A DNA stretch of 64,000 nucleotides from Deltaproteobacteria bacterium (GCA_021778115.1 JAJYCS010000003.1:13156-77155), one strand, 5' to 3'; counted from the first letter of the stretch, positions 37,314 through 46,573 are shown. Translations and numbers: made by a program. Notes: a model not told the origin generated them from the sequence alone.

Positions 37314-38996
37314 CTACAGTCCATGGATCTCACCATGGCAGACCAGGACGCAGGAGTTTTTGTTGACCACCGGCGGGAGATACTGAATCGGCTTGCTGCC
37401 GTTTTGGGAGACCACCCGCAGGTCGAAATTGATCATCCCCAGGTTGTACGGATTGCCGTGGGGGTCGTGACAGTAGACGCACCGGTCCTTGAGCGGATGG
37501 GTGCTGACATGGGTCTTGTGCTGCTTGAACTTGGTGTAGGTGCCGAACAGGGTAGTCACGTTATGGCAGCCGAAGCAGAGGTCGTAATCGGCCGCGTTGT
37601 AGGTGGTGGCCGGCAGCTCCGAGGTGACAAAATTACGGACCAGGATATGGGGGTAGATGGAACCGTGGGATCCTCGTATCCCGCTGGAATCGCTGCCGTG
37701 ACAATCGGTGCAATAGATGACGCTCCCCTTCACCAGCGGGGGGATCAGCATGTTATCGGATATCTTGTTAAGCGGTCCCATCACCGGATGAAAGGAGGGA
37801 TTGGCCGGATTGAACTTGATCCGGTTGTCCGTGATGGTGGTCACCCTGGGGATGGCGGTGGTGGGCATGACGTTATTGAGCAGGGACCCATGGCACTTGA
37901 AACAGACCTCATACTCATACGTTGCGGCTACAAGATAGGTATTGGCCGCGGTCACCGCCGGCACCCCCTGCAGCCTGCCGGGCACCAGCGGGGCCGGATA
38001 GAGGACGCTGTTGGCCTGGTGGGGGTTGTGGCAGTCAACACACTCCACGTGCTTGGTGACCCCGCCAGCGTAGTTCTCAGCCGGATCATGGATGCCGGTG
38101 TAGGAGGAGACCGGGTGACGGTACGGCTTATTCAGGTCGGTAAGGATGTTCTTCGCCGCCACATTGCCGTCATGGCAGACGAGGCAGTTGGTCTCCTCCA
38201 CGCTGTAGTTCAGAAGCCGCTGGGGACCGCCTGCCCCATGGGGACGATGACAGCTGCCGCACGCGTTCTCCGCCACGGTGGTATAGCTGGATCGGGGCCA
38301 GGGGTCCGGGGCTATCCCGTTCCAGCTCTTGGTGGAGACGGCATGGCTGCTGGCGCCCCAGTTGGTCTTCTGATGACAGCCGACACAGAGGGCGCCGCTC
38401 AGATTGGAGATGACCAGAAACTTGCCATACTGGTCGTTGTGGGGGTCATGGCAGGCGGTACACTGCATCTCCCCGGCACTGTCGAGCCGGATGGCCGCCG
38501 GAAGGGCGGCAGCGCTCTGCAACTGGCTGCCCGGCATGGAGGCCGCCGTGCCGTAGACGAAGGAGACCGGATGATCGTCCGCCAGATTGGTCCCCAGGTT
38601 ACTGCTGCGACCGGCCAGGGTGGCGGTAAATGGCAGCACCGTCCCCTGGGAGAGCACCGCCCCCAGGGCGATGGTGCCGTCGTGGCAGGAGAGACAGAGC
38701 CGTGATGCGCCGGTGGGTTGCCCCACGCTGCTCCTGAGGGTCGAGCTGAGATAGGGAGTATAGGGGTCACCCGGGTCCTGTCGATTCCAGAGATAGGGGA
38801 CGTCGGACCGAGCGTTGTGCGGGGTATGACAGAAGATGCAGATCTGGCTCTCCGTGGTGGCCTTTATGGCGCCGGGACCGCTCACCGAGAGGTTGTGCAG
38901 GCTGGTGACGATGCTCCCCCCCCAGGCCGCCCAAGGGGCGCCGAGCAGGACACAACAGGCCGCCACGGCTGCCCGTATCGATGCAACGCCGTTCAT
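37314..38996 (-). CDS. 12-heme cytochrome with N-terminal OmcE-like tetraheme module
   Basis: 11 CxxCH plus CVLVCH; the first four hemes align by eye to the 44667-45263 protein. Confidence 0.88.
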   Translation of the reverse strand: MNGVASIRAAVAACCVLLGAPWAAWGGSIVTSLHNLSVSGPGAIKATTESQICIFCHTPHNARSDVPYLWNRQDPGDPYTPYLSSTLRSSVGQPTGASRLCLSCHDGTIALGAVLSQGTVLPFTATLAGRSSNLGTNLADDHPVSFVYGTAASMPGSQLQSAAALPAAIRLDSAGEMQCTACHDPHNDQYGKFLVISNLSGALCVGCHQKTNWGASSHAVSTKSWNGIAPDPWPRSSYTTVAENACGSCHRPHGAGGPQRLLNYSVEETNCLVCHDGNVAAKNILTDLNKPYRHPVSSYTGIHDPAENYAGGVTKHVECVDCHNPHQANSVLYPAPLVPGRLQGVPAVTAANTYLVAATYEYEVCFKCHGSLLNNVMPTTAIPRVTTITDNRIKFNPANPSFHPVMGPLNKISDNMLIPPLVKGSVIYCTDCHGSDSSGIRGSHGSIYPHILVRNFVTSELPATTYNAADYDLCFGCHNVTTLFGTYTKFKQHKTHVSTHPLKDRCVYCHDPHGNPYNLGMINFDLRVVSQNGSKPIQYLPPVVNKNSCVLVCHGEIHGL

Positions 38997-40033
38997 CGCC
39001 CCCCCACCTTCAGGTACTGGAAGAGCTGCACCCGGTTGTTATAGGTATCCGCCACGTAGATCCGGTCGGTGGCGTCGATGCTGATCCCGGTGGGCATCCA
39101 GAATTCCCCCGCCTGCCGTCCATGGCCGCCGAATGCCAGCAGAAGCCGCCCTGCCCGGTCAAAGATCTGCACGTTGTCGAACAGGGCATCAACCACGTAG
39201 ATGTTATCGTCGCTATCCACCGCTATCCCCCGTGGCCGGCTGAAGGATCCCGGGGTATCGCCAGCCGTGCCGAAGCTGCGGAGAAAGCTGCCGTCGGGTC
39301 CAAAGAGCTGTACCCTGAAGTTCAGGGTATCGACGACCAGAATCTCGCCTTGGCTGGTGATTGCGAGATCGGTCGGGTAATTGAACTGCCCTTCGCCGTT
39401 GCCGCGGCTCCCGAAACGCCCCTTGAAGGCGAGGGTTACCCGGTCATAGCGAAAGACGGCCGCCTTGCGGCTGTCCACCACCAGGAGCTCGTCGGTCCGC
39501 CGGTTCAGGGCGATACCGGTGGGACGCTCAAGCGCCCCCCTGCCCAGTTCGCCGGGCCCGCCCCCGGCAAGGGACAGTATCCTGACGCCGCAGGCAGCGG
39601 CATCGCTCACATAGAGACGCCCGGCCCGACTGTCCACCGCCAGCCGCACCGCCACCTGCAGCGGATGGTCGTCCTCGGGGAAGATCCTGAACCGCTGCCG
39701 GGTGCGGTCATAGAGTTTGACCGTCTGGGAGGCCGCATCAATCACATACACCGTGCCGCCGGCGCCGACGCCGATGCCGGTGGGCTGCACCAGGCGACGA
39801 TCCACCCCGCCCGTCACCACCTCCCAGATCCTCGCCAGCAGCCCGTTCCGTATCCCCAGGTCGTCAGGCAGCGCAAAGCTGCCGAGATACCGTATCCTCA
39901 CCGGTTCGGCACCGGCAGGCCAGACCGGCCCCTCCGGCAGCGGTCCGCTCAGGTGGCGCTCTGCGGCGCAGCCGATGCACAGGAACAGCAGCATCGCCGT
40001 CGGCAGGTATCGACGCCAGGGCCGCGCCATCAC
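38993..40033 (-). CDS. NHL-repeat beta-propeller lipoprotein
   Basis: Lipobox CIGC; repeats F..P.GIAVD...IYVVD..NxRVQ.F. Confidence 0.9.
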   Translation of the reverse strand: MMARPWRRYLPTAMLLFLCIGCAAERHLSGPLPEGPVWPAGAEPVRIRYLGSFALPDDLGIRNGLLARIWEVVTGGVDRRLVQPTGIGVGAGGTVYVIDAASQTVKLYDRTRQRFRIFPEDDHPLQVAVRLAVDSRAGRLYVSDAAACGVRILSLAGGGPGELGRGALERPTGIALNRRTDELLVVDSRKAAVFRYDRVTLAFKGRFGSRGNGEGQFNYPTDLAITSQGEILVVDTLNFRVQLFGPDGSFLRSFGTAGDTPGSFSRPRGIAVDSDDNIYVVDALFDNVQIFDRAGRLLLAFGGHGRQAGEFWMPTGISIDATDRIYVADTYNNRVQLFQYLKVGGR

Positions 40034-42702
40034 CAGACCGCCCTGCTGAGTTCAAGCACCACCGCCTGACTGGTCCGGTCGTACCGGTTGAACAGATCGT
40101 TTTGTTGCGCGTACTTGTAGCTGAGACGGAGGGTCCAGAGGCGGTACCCGGCCTCGAGGGCGACCTTGCCGCCGCGGTTCAGACTCCCTTCGAGGTCGCC
40201 GTCGATCCGTTCCAGATACCCTTCGAGGGCGCCGTTTAACCAGGTAAAAGGGAACCAGGTAAGCCCCAGCACGCCGCCGTAGCTCTTCTTCAGATCAACG
40301 ATGCTCCGGTAACGGGTCTCGCCGTAATAGCCCCGCATGTTCCAGCGGAACCAGTTGCCGTACTGCAGCCGCAGGCTCTGATAGGCCTCCCAGCGCCCAT
40401 AGGAGAGGTCGGAGTTACTGGTGGTATCCTCATATATGCAGCCGCTCTCCCCCCATCCTTCGTCGATCCTGATGCTGGCCAGATGCATCCGGCTGTTGTT
40501 CAGCAGATCGGGGGATGGGCCGCCCAGAAGACGCTGATCCGACTGCAGGTAACGGTAGTTGAGGAACAGGGTGCGGAACAGCTCAACCGATGCCCCGTAC
40601 TGCTGGCTCACCACCAGGTCGTCATAACCGGCGTTTCGGGTATACCGGTAACTGACCAGTATCAACTGGCCGTCACCGATACTCCCCAGAGGCAGCCGAC
40701 TGATCCGGATCGATCGGCCGATCAGGTCGGCCCGGTAGTCCAGATCCTGGACGTAGATCACCGATCCGGCGCTGTTGGTGATCACGATGCTCCCGTCGCT
40801 TACGTCGCTCTGGGTAAGAAAGGTCTCGGCGCCGTTGCGCAGGGTGTGCGGTTCATTGGTGATCTGCACCGACCCTCGGGAGCCGCTCCGGGTGGTGTAG
40901 ACCGGCGTCACCCCGGCGCTCAGCCCCACCACCCCCCATCCCCCCAGGGCACGCTGATAATCGGTCTGCAGCACTCCCCCCGCCGACTGCTGACGTCCGC
41001 CGTCTGCCTCGTTGCTGGAACCGGTGACACCGGCCATGGTGGTGAGATTTTCGTATAGCCGGTGGGTCAGCCGGGCATCCAGCGAATGCCAGCTGCTGGT
41101 GGAACTGCCGGCGTTCACCCGACGGAAGATATACTGCCAGCTTGAGCGGAGATTCGGACGGTGCTGCCAGGCGAGAAGCTCGTTCAGGAACAGGGAATCG
41201 TTCTGCAGGGCGGAGCCGCTCTGCCCCAGGTACTGAAGATTGCTGGAGAGGGTGACCCGCTCGTCCTTCGTCACCGGATACCGGTTGTTCAAGACGCTGG
41301 TTATGGTCCTGATCTCGCCGGAAATGCCGTTTGTGGACTGGTTGTTCAGGCTGTAGGAGAGGGAGAGACTACTCTCGCCGGTCAGGTTGTTCCGGTTACG
41401 GGTCAGCAGATGCAGCTCCCGCCAGTCGCTGCTGGCGCCGTAGTACCCTTCCTGGTCCGACCGGCTGCTGCTGAGCCCCACGCTGGTGGGCAGCAGCTCA
41501 TATTTCAGCGTAAGGTCTGCCCCGTAACTTTCGCTGGTGGTGCTAGTCACCCCGGTAAAGATCGCCCAGGAACGGTTCTCCAGGTGCTGGCCGAATGCGG
41601 TGAGGGTATAGGGTTTCTGCCCCAGCAGGGTGACATTTGCCTGGTAGTTGGGACTGAATGCGTCGCTTGAGCCGTTACTGCTGCCGGTCAGGGCTGCGTT
41701 GCTCCTGGTGATACTCTGGGCAAACTCGGGGGAAAACTTGAGCCTGAACTGCAACAGGGCCGGATGGTACAGGTACCCCTTGCTTTCAAGGTCAAGCCGT
41801 TCGGTGACGATGTGGGAACGGTCTAACTGCTTGCCCCCGGTGACGTTCCGGTCATCCTGGTTGAATTCATACCTGACCTGGGCCCCCACCGATGGGGGAT
41901 CAATGGCGATACGATGCCGTGTTCCCGCCTTCTCTTCGTTTTTGCTCCACCGGTACCCTCGCCGGGGCGATTCATCCGCTCCCGCCTCCATGAGGGGAGA
42001 TACGCCGGCGGTAGCCTGCCAGTTCCGCTGCAGATCGCCTGCGCCGTACATCAGGCGGGCCCGCTGCACCGTCTCCGCCGGGGTAAGGGGGCGTATCTGC
42101 GCTAGGGTGTCCAGGGCGTTCACCGCATCGGCAGGGCGGTTCAGGGATTCCGCAAGCCGGGCCTGTTCCTTCAACAGGGCGGCACGCTCCCCAAAACGGA
42201 ACCCCGAGGAGAGCAACTGATAGGCCTCGTTGAGGCTCCCCAGCCGTTCACTCACCAGCAGATACTCCTTAAGCAGCTCCGAATCGCCATCACCGCTCAT
42301 CAGGATGGTCTCAAGCAGAGAACGCCGCACCGGCAGTTCGTTCATGCTCCGGGAGAGACGCAACGCCTCCTGTCGGGCCGCGCCATCCCCCTGTTTCACC
42401 AGGTAGACCCAGTAGTTCAGGGCTGTTGCGGGTTTCCCGGCCAGTTCTGCACAGCGGGCTGCACGGCGACGCCACTCCAGATCGGCGGGGTGGGCCTCGA
42501 TCGCCTGTTCAGCCATCTGAAGCGCCGCATCATATCGGTTTTTCGCCATGTTGCTGATATACGCCATACCGTAAAGTTCATCCTCAAAGAGATTTCGTGC
42601 GTCATCAACGCTTGTGGGCCCCTGCTCAACACCATGGGCCGGGCCGTGCACCACGGAAAGACCTGCACACATCGCCAACAGCAGTAACCGCCGTCTCGCC
42701 AT
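40030..42702 (-). CDS. TPR + large outer membrane beta-barrel (porin of a porin-cytochrome conduit)
   Basis: 890 aa; signal peptide, helical TPR-like N-terminal ~230 aa, long alternating beta-strand region, terminal aromatic residue (LELSRAVW). Confidence 0.75.
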   Translation of the reverse strand: MARRRLLLLAMCAGLSVVHGPAHGVEQGPTSVDDARNLFEDELYGMAYISNMAKNRYDAALQMAEQAIEAHPADLEWRRRAARCAELAGKPATALNYWVYLVKQGDGAARQEALRLSRSMNELPVRRSLLETILMSGDGDSELLKEYLLVSERLGSLNEAYQLLSSGFRFGERAALLKEQARLAESLNRPADAVNALDTLAQIRPLTPAETVQRARLMYGAGDLQRNWQATAGVSPLMEAGADESPRRGYRWSKNEEKAGTRHRIAIDPPSVGAQVRYEFNQDDRNVTGGKQLDRSHIVTERLDLESKGYLYHPALLQFRLKFSPEFAQSITRSNAALTGSSNGSSDAFSPNYQANVTLLGQKPYTLTAFGQHLENRSWAIFTGVTSTTSESYGADLTLKYELLPTSVGLSSSRSDQEGYYGASSDWRELHLLTRNRNNLTGESSLSLSYSLNNQSTNGISGEIRTITSVLNNRYPVTKDERVTLSSNLQYLGQSGSALQNDSLFLNELLAWQHRPNLRSSWQYIFRRVNAGSSTSSWHSLDARLTHRLYENLTTMAGVTGSSNEADGGRQQSAGGVLQTDYQRALGGWGVVGLSAGVTPVYTTRSGSRGSVQITNEPHTLRNGAETFLTQSDVSDGSIVITNSAGSVIYVQDLDYRADLIGRSIRISRLPLGSIGDGQLILVSYRYTRNAGYDDLVVSQQYGASVELFRTLFLNYRYLQSDQRLLGGPSPDLLNNSRMHLASIRIDEGWGESGCIYEDTTSNSDLSYGRWEAYQSLRLQYGNWFRWNMRGYYGETRYRSIVDLKKSYGGVLGLTWFPFTWLNGALEGYLERIDGDLEGSLNRGGKVALEAGYRLWTLRLSYKYAQQNDLFNRYDRTSQAVVLELSRAVW

Positions 42703-42706
42703 CCCG

Positions 42707-43465
42707 TTACCGCCTCTCCGCTACCGGTGAGGCGGTCTCGCGATACTCACTGATCAGCAGGGAACGCCCTTTCCCCAGATGGGGATTATGGCAGGAGAGA
42801 CAGGGCTCCGGGCCACGGGGATGGGGAATCAACGCGCCAATGGCCTCCGGGCTGTGACAGGAGCGGCAGAGCTGGTCAGCCGGCTTACGGAGGATCCCTG
42901 AAATCCTGCTCTGGTGAGGATCATGGCAGGCCAAACAGTCCCCCTTTGCCACCGGGTTGTGCAGCCAGAGCCGCTCCTTGATGGCCCGTATGGCGGTCTT
43001 ATCAGCATGACAGCCCAGACAGAGCCGTTCCTTGGCCCCACACAACGGCCCCGGCATACCGCCGCCGGTATAGAACACCCGTTCCCCTTCTGGTGTGCCG
43101 CCACCCTTTCCCTGCTGAAACAGGAACTGGTTGTTTCCGCCATGGCAGGCGATACACTCCCCCTGCAGCCAGGGGCGGTGGGAGTAATACCGGATAACGA
43201 CCGGAACCGCTTTTCCTCCTGTCTGGGACCGTTGTGCCGGACTGCCTGACAGGGGGAGCTGCCGTTGCCCCGCCGGTTGTCTGGCACCTACCGGGGGAGC
43301 TTCTTTTTCCTGGACCTCCAGGGGAGGGACACCGGTAAAGAAGAAGGTCAGCACGGTGTGACGGCTTTGGACGGAACAGCCAGCGAGCAGCAGCCCCACC
43401 GCAATACTCCACGCGAAAACTCCCTGATGCCAGCCACTCTGCATTCTCCGCGTCACCCCCTCCAT
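42707..43465 (-). CDS. Pentaheme c-type cytochrome lipoprotein
   Basis: Lipobox LLAGC; 5 CxxCH motifs; start may be a few codons later (MQSGW). Confidence 0.85.
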   Translation of the reverse strand: MEGVTRRMQSGWHQGVFAWSIAVGLLLAGCSVQSRHTVLTFFFTGVPPLEVQEKEAPPVGARQPAGQRQLPLSGSPAQRSQTGGKAVPVVIRYYSHRPWLQGECIACHGGNNQFLFQQGKGGGTPEGERVFYTGGGMPGPLCGAKERLCLGCHADKTAIRAIKERLWLHNPVAKGDCLACHDPHQSRISGILRKPADQLCRSCHSPEAIGALIPHPRGPEPCLSCHNPHLGKGRSLLISEYRETASPVAERR

Positions 43466-43483
43466 CGGCCGCCTCCCCGCCGG

Positions 43484-44554
43484 CTAGGGGGTCCAGTCGC
43501 CAAAGCCATAGACGTTCAGCTTGTTGACACCGGCCATGTTGCAGACATAGACCAGATACTTAAGCTTGAAGCGGGGATCGGCAAAACGCTGAAAAAATGG
43601 GACGTTGTGGTAATCGATGGCAATCCCTGCGGGCAGGTACATGCTGCCGGGGGTATCCCCGGCACCGCCGAAGAACAACAGCAGTTTCCCCTCAGGGTTG
43701 AATATCTGGACATTCTCAAAGGCGGCATCCACCAGGTAGAGATTGTTGTCCCCATCAACGGCCATACCCTTTGGCCTGGCCAGACTCCCCAGGGTATTGC
43801 CGGCAGTCCCGATCTTCTGCAGAAACCTCCCGTCAGGAGCGAACTTTTGCACCCTGAAGTTGAAGGCATCGTTCACCAGCAGGTTACCGACCCGATCAAC
43901 GGTGATATGGGTGGGACGGTTTAGCTCCCCCTCCTTGTCCCCCCCCTTGCCGATGGTCAGCAGCTGTTTGCCGGTCAGGCGGTCAAACACGACAACCCGA
44001 TGCTTCATCATGTCGCAGACATAGACCCGGTCGCCGTACACCGCCACATCGCAGGGGCGTTCCAGCTGGGCGGGATCTCCCAGGGTTCCGATGAAACGCC
44101 TGTCCGGCCCGAAGACCACCACCTGCCGCCGTTTCAGATCGGCGATGTAGAGGGTTCCGTCGTCGCTCACCCAGATGCCGGAGGGCACCTGCAGCGCCCC
44201 CCGTCCGCCGGCACGCAGTGGGGAGATGCGCCGTTTCTGCAGATCGATCTCCAAGATGTCGTTGGAGACCCGATCGGTGAGATAGATACGCCCCTGGACC
44301 CCATGAACCGCGTAGGGCCGCCCCATGGTCCTGTCGGTCTCCCGCCCCCCCAGCAGAAAGTCATCCAGCTTGGAACCGGCATCGACCAGATCATCAACCG
44401 ACGAGATGGAGGTGAGAAACTGCAGGCGGGGCTTTTCAGGCAGGGGGGGATACAGCACGGCCTGCTGCTGCGGGGTGGTGGTGGCGCATCCCTGGAACAA
44501 CAGCATGAACAGCGGCATCAGCAGGATCCGGCACAGCATGACGACAATGGGCAT
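43484..44554 (-). CDS. NHL-repeat beta-propeller lipoprotein
   Basis: Start re-called at ATG 44554; lipobox FQGC; NHL repeats. Confidence 0.88.
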   Translation of the reverse strand: MPIVVMLCRILLMPLFMLLFQGCATTTPQQQAVLYPPLPEKPRLQFLTSISSVDDLVDAGSKLDDFLLGGRETDRTMGRPYAVHGVQGRIYLTDRVSNDILEIDLQKRRISPLRAGGRGALQVPSGIWVSDDGTLYIADLKRRQVVVFGPDRRFIGTLGDPAQLERPCDVAVYGDRVYVCDMMKHRVVVFDRLTGKQLLTIGKGGDKEGELNRPTHITVDRVGNLLVNDAFNFRVQKFAPDGRFLQKIGTAGNTLGSLARPKGMAVDGDNNLYLVDAAFENVQIFNPEGKLLLFFGGAGDTPGSMYLPAGIAIDYHNVPFFQRFADPRFKLKYLVYVCNMAGVNKLNVYGFGDWTP

Positions 44555-44666
44555 TACAGATCTCTCCCTTCGGTCGCAGGGCGCACGCATCACGGCAACT
44601 GCCGGGGCGACGGCCGCCATGGGTCGCCGGATCCCGGCTCGTTTGCCGCCTGCGGTGCAGGACGGG

Positions 44667-45263
44667 TTACTTCAGATGACAGGTGAGACAGAGCGCCGAA
44701 CCGGTGTTGGCCTTGTTCAGCATCTTGTCCAGGTTCAGCTTGTTGTGCACGTCATGGCAGGAGGAACACTCGAATTTGCCGCTGTTCAGCCACCCCGCCG
44801 GCAGGGTGGCGGGATCGGCCAGTTCGCCATCGGCTGTCTGCAACGTGCTGTCGTAGGTAAAGGAGACCGGGTGACTCTTTTTCAGATCGGTCCCTAGATT
44901 ACCGGCCGTACTGATCATGGTGGTGCCGGTATTGGTGCCGTAGGCATCAAGCGCCACGGTGCCGTCATGGCAGGAGAGGCAGAGCTTGGAGACCCCGGCC
45001 GGCTGGACGATGCTGCCTTTGCCGTTAAACGTGGGACTGTCGTACAGCGTGTAGGTGGCGGTAGTCAGCTTGTGGTTCCAGAGGGGGGCATCAGTGGTGC
45101 TGGTGTCGGCCTTGTGCGGTGTGTGACAGACCACACAGATCTGCGCATCGGTGCCGGTCAGGGCGCTCAAGTCGTGCTTTGATGACTTCACAGCGGCCTG
45201 GGCAAGAGAGGCAAGACCGACAGCGGCAAACAGGGCGACCAGGGGCAGGGCAATCCGTTTCAT
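44667..45263 (-). CDS. omcE: OmcE-like tetraheme outer-surface cytochrome
   Basis: Start ATG 45263 with AAGGAG RBS; KHDLS..QICVVCHTPH..LWN..LY..CLSCHDG..NLGTDL..HPVSF..ECSSCHDVH..LCLTCH, matching the OmcE motif order as recalled. Confidence 0.8.
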   Translation of the reverse strand: MKRIALPLVALFAAVGLASLAQAAVKSSKHDLSALTGTDAQICVVCHTPHKADTSTTDAPLWNHKLTTATYTLYDSPTFNGKGSIVQPAGVSKLCLSCHDGTVALDAYGTNTGTTMISTAGNLGTDLKKSHPVSFTYDSTLQTADGELADPATLPAGWLNSGKFECSSCHDVHNKLNLDKMLNKANTGSALCLTCHLK

Positions 45264-45395
45264 GATGTTCTCCTTTGTCTTTCGGGTCTCGTTTCCCGTC
45301 GTTTCCAATCGCGCCTACTGAATTTATGCAAAGACGCAGATATATAAAAAATAATATAAATGATTTCAGCAAGTTAACACATTGTGCGGGATATC

Positions 45396-45412
45396 ATCAG
45401 ATTCCGTGCCAA
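45396..45412 (-). promoter_or_regulatory. Putative sigma54 promoter of the cytochrome operon
   Basis: TTGGCACGGAATCTGAT: perfect -24 element, deviant -12 (GA). Confidence 0.5.
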
Positions 45413-45478
45413 AAAATAGATTCTTTGTTATTACAAGATGTTAATGCTTGGGCAGGGGGGATGCTGCAACAGCAGACA

Positions 45479-45513
45479 GTGCAAATCCTGCACTACCTGT
45501 GCAGGATTTGCAC
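45479..45513. promoter_or_regulatory. Perfect 15-bp inverted repeat made of two GTGCA-N5-TGCAC sites (enhancer/UAS)
   Basis: GTGCAAATCCTGCAC-TACCT-GTGCAGGATTTGCAC; sites 20 bp apart, 70-100 bp upstream of the -24 element. Confidence 0.7.
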
Positions 45514-45583
45514 CACTCCCGTCTCATCCTGACCCCTTGCAAACAGCCCCCTACCTGTTAGAGTTGCACTGAGGGAGCCCCGG

Positions 45584-46573
45584 ATGCCGCTATTCCTCTT
45601 GCCCCATAACGCCCTCGATGCGTGCCTGCAGCGCCTCCGCAGCGTCGCCGAACTCCATGGCCCACGGCGTGATACGGACGGACTCTGTCGCCTTGCCCCG
45701 CTGCCGGAGGGTGTGCGCCCTGATCTCACGACGCTGCGGACCCTGCTTCCGGCCAAGAAGTACCTGCTTCCCCCGGTAGAGACCACCCTCACCTTCCGCC
45801 CGGGAGAGGGGTACCGGCTCCCCCGGTTGCCTGACACCCCCCTGATCCTGCTGGGGCTCCACCCCTGCGACCTGGCGGCAATCGCCTACCTCGACCGGCA
45901 GTTTCTGGCCGCCCCGCCTGACCCCACCTACGCAGCCCGCCGGGCGGCAATCACCCTGGTGGGAACCGGCTGCAGCCCTGATGGGTACTGTTCCTGTCTG
46001 ACCCACCCTTCCCCCCTCCCGACCCCCTGCGACCTGTTCCTGCATCCGGTGGAGGAGGGGTTCCTGGTGACGGCTGAGAGCGACCGGGGGAAAGAGCTCT
46101 GCCGATCGCTGGCCGGGCTGCTGCAGGCGGATCGACGGTGCCCGCCTCCGTCGGCACGGGACCGGTTCGCCCCCCCCCTTCCCCCACCCTCCACCGAGGA
46201 GCTCGACCTCTCACTACCGGACTGGCGTGAGCTGGCAGATCACTGCCTCGGTTGCGGCGCCTGCTCCATCGCCTGCCCCACCTGCGCCTGTTTTGAACTG
46301 CTCGAATACGCCACTCTTGACGCTGCCGGCGCCGAACGTAGACGACGCTGGGATAGCTGCCTCTTCAAGGGACACGCCATGGTGGCCGGGGGAGAGAGTT
46401 TTCAGCAGGAGCGGTGGCAACGGTTCCGCTACCGTTATCAACACAAGTATCGGGGATTCGGCCCGCTCCAGGGTCTCCCCTCCTGCGTGGGCTGCGGCCG
46501 CTGCCGGGTTCAGTGCCCCAGTGGGCTTGACCTCCGTCCCCTGGCGGAACGCCTGGAAAGGAGGGAGGCATGA
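45584..46573 (+). CDS. Group 3b hydrogenase beta subunit (HydB/AsrA-like, 2x4Fe-4S)
   Basis: CLGCGACSIACPTC, RRWDSC, CVGCGRC..QCP. Confidence 0.88.
   Translation: MPLFLLPHNALDACLQRLRSVAELHGPRRDTDGLCRLAPLPEGVRPDLTTLRTLLPAKKYLLPPVETTLTFRPGEGYRLPRLPDTPLILLGLHPCDLAAIAYLDRQFLAAPPDPTYAARRAAITLVGTGCSPDGYCSCLTHPSPLPTPCDLFLHPVEEGFLVTAESDRGKELCRSLAGLLQADRRCPPPSARDRFAPPLPPPSTEELDLSLPDWRELADHCLGCGACSIACPTCACFELLEYATLDAAGAERRRRWDSCLFKGHAMVAGGESFQQERWQRFRYRYQHKYRGFGPLQGLPSCVGCGRCRVQCPSGLDLRPLAERLERREA

Noticed and set aside
35933-38705. Long plus-strand ORFs (477 and 476 aa) opposite the cytochromes
   Set aside because: Shadow frames; the minus-strand frames carry all the heme motifs and the stop/start coupling
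45264-45395. Possible GEMM-I (c-di-GMP/cGAMP) riboswitch in the omcE leader
   Set aside because: GGAAAC and CGAAAG fragments are present, but I could not build the P1/P2 stems or find the GACGCAAA-type junction; an Infernal search with the Rfam c-di-GMP-I model would settle it
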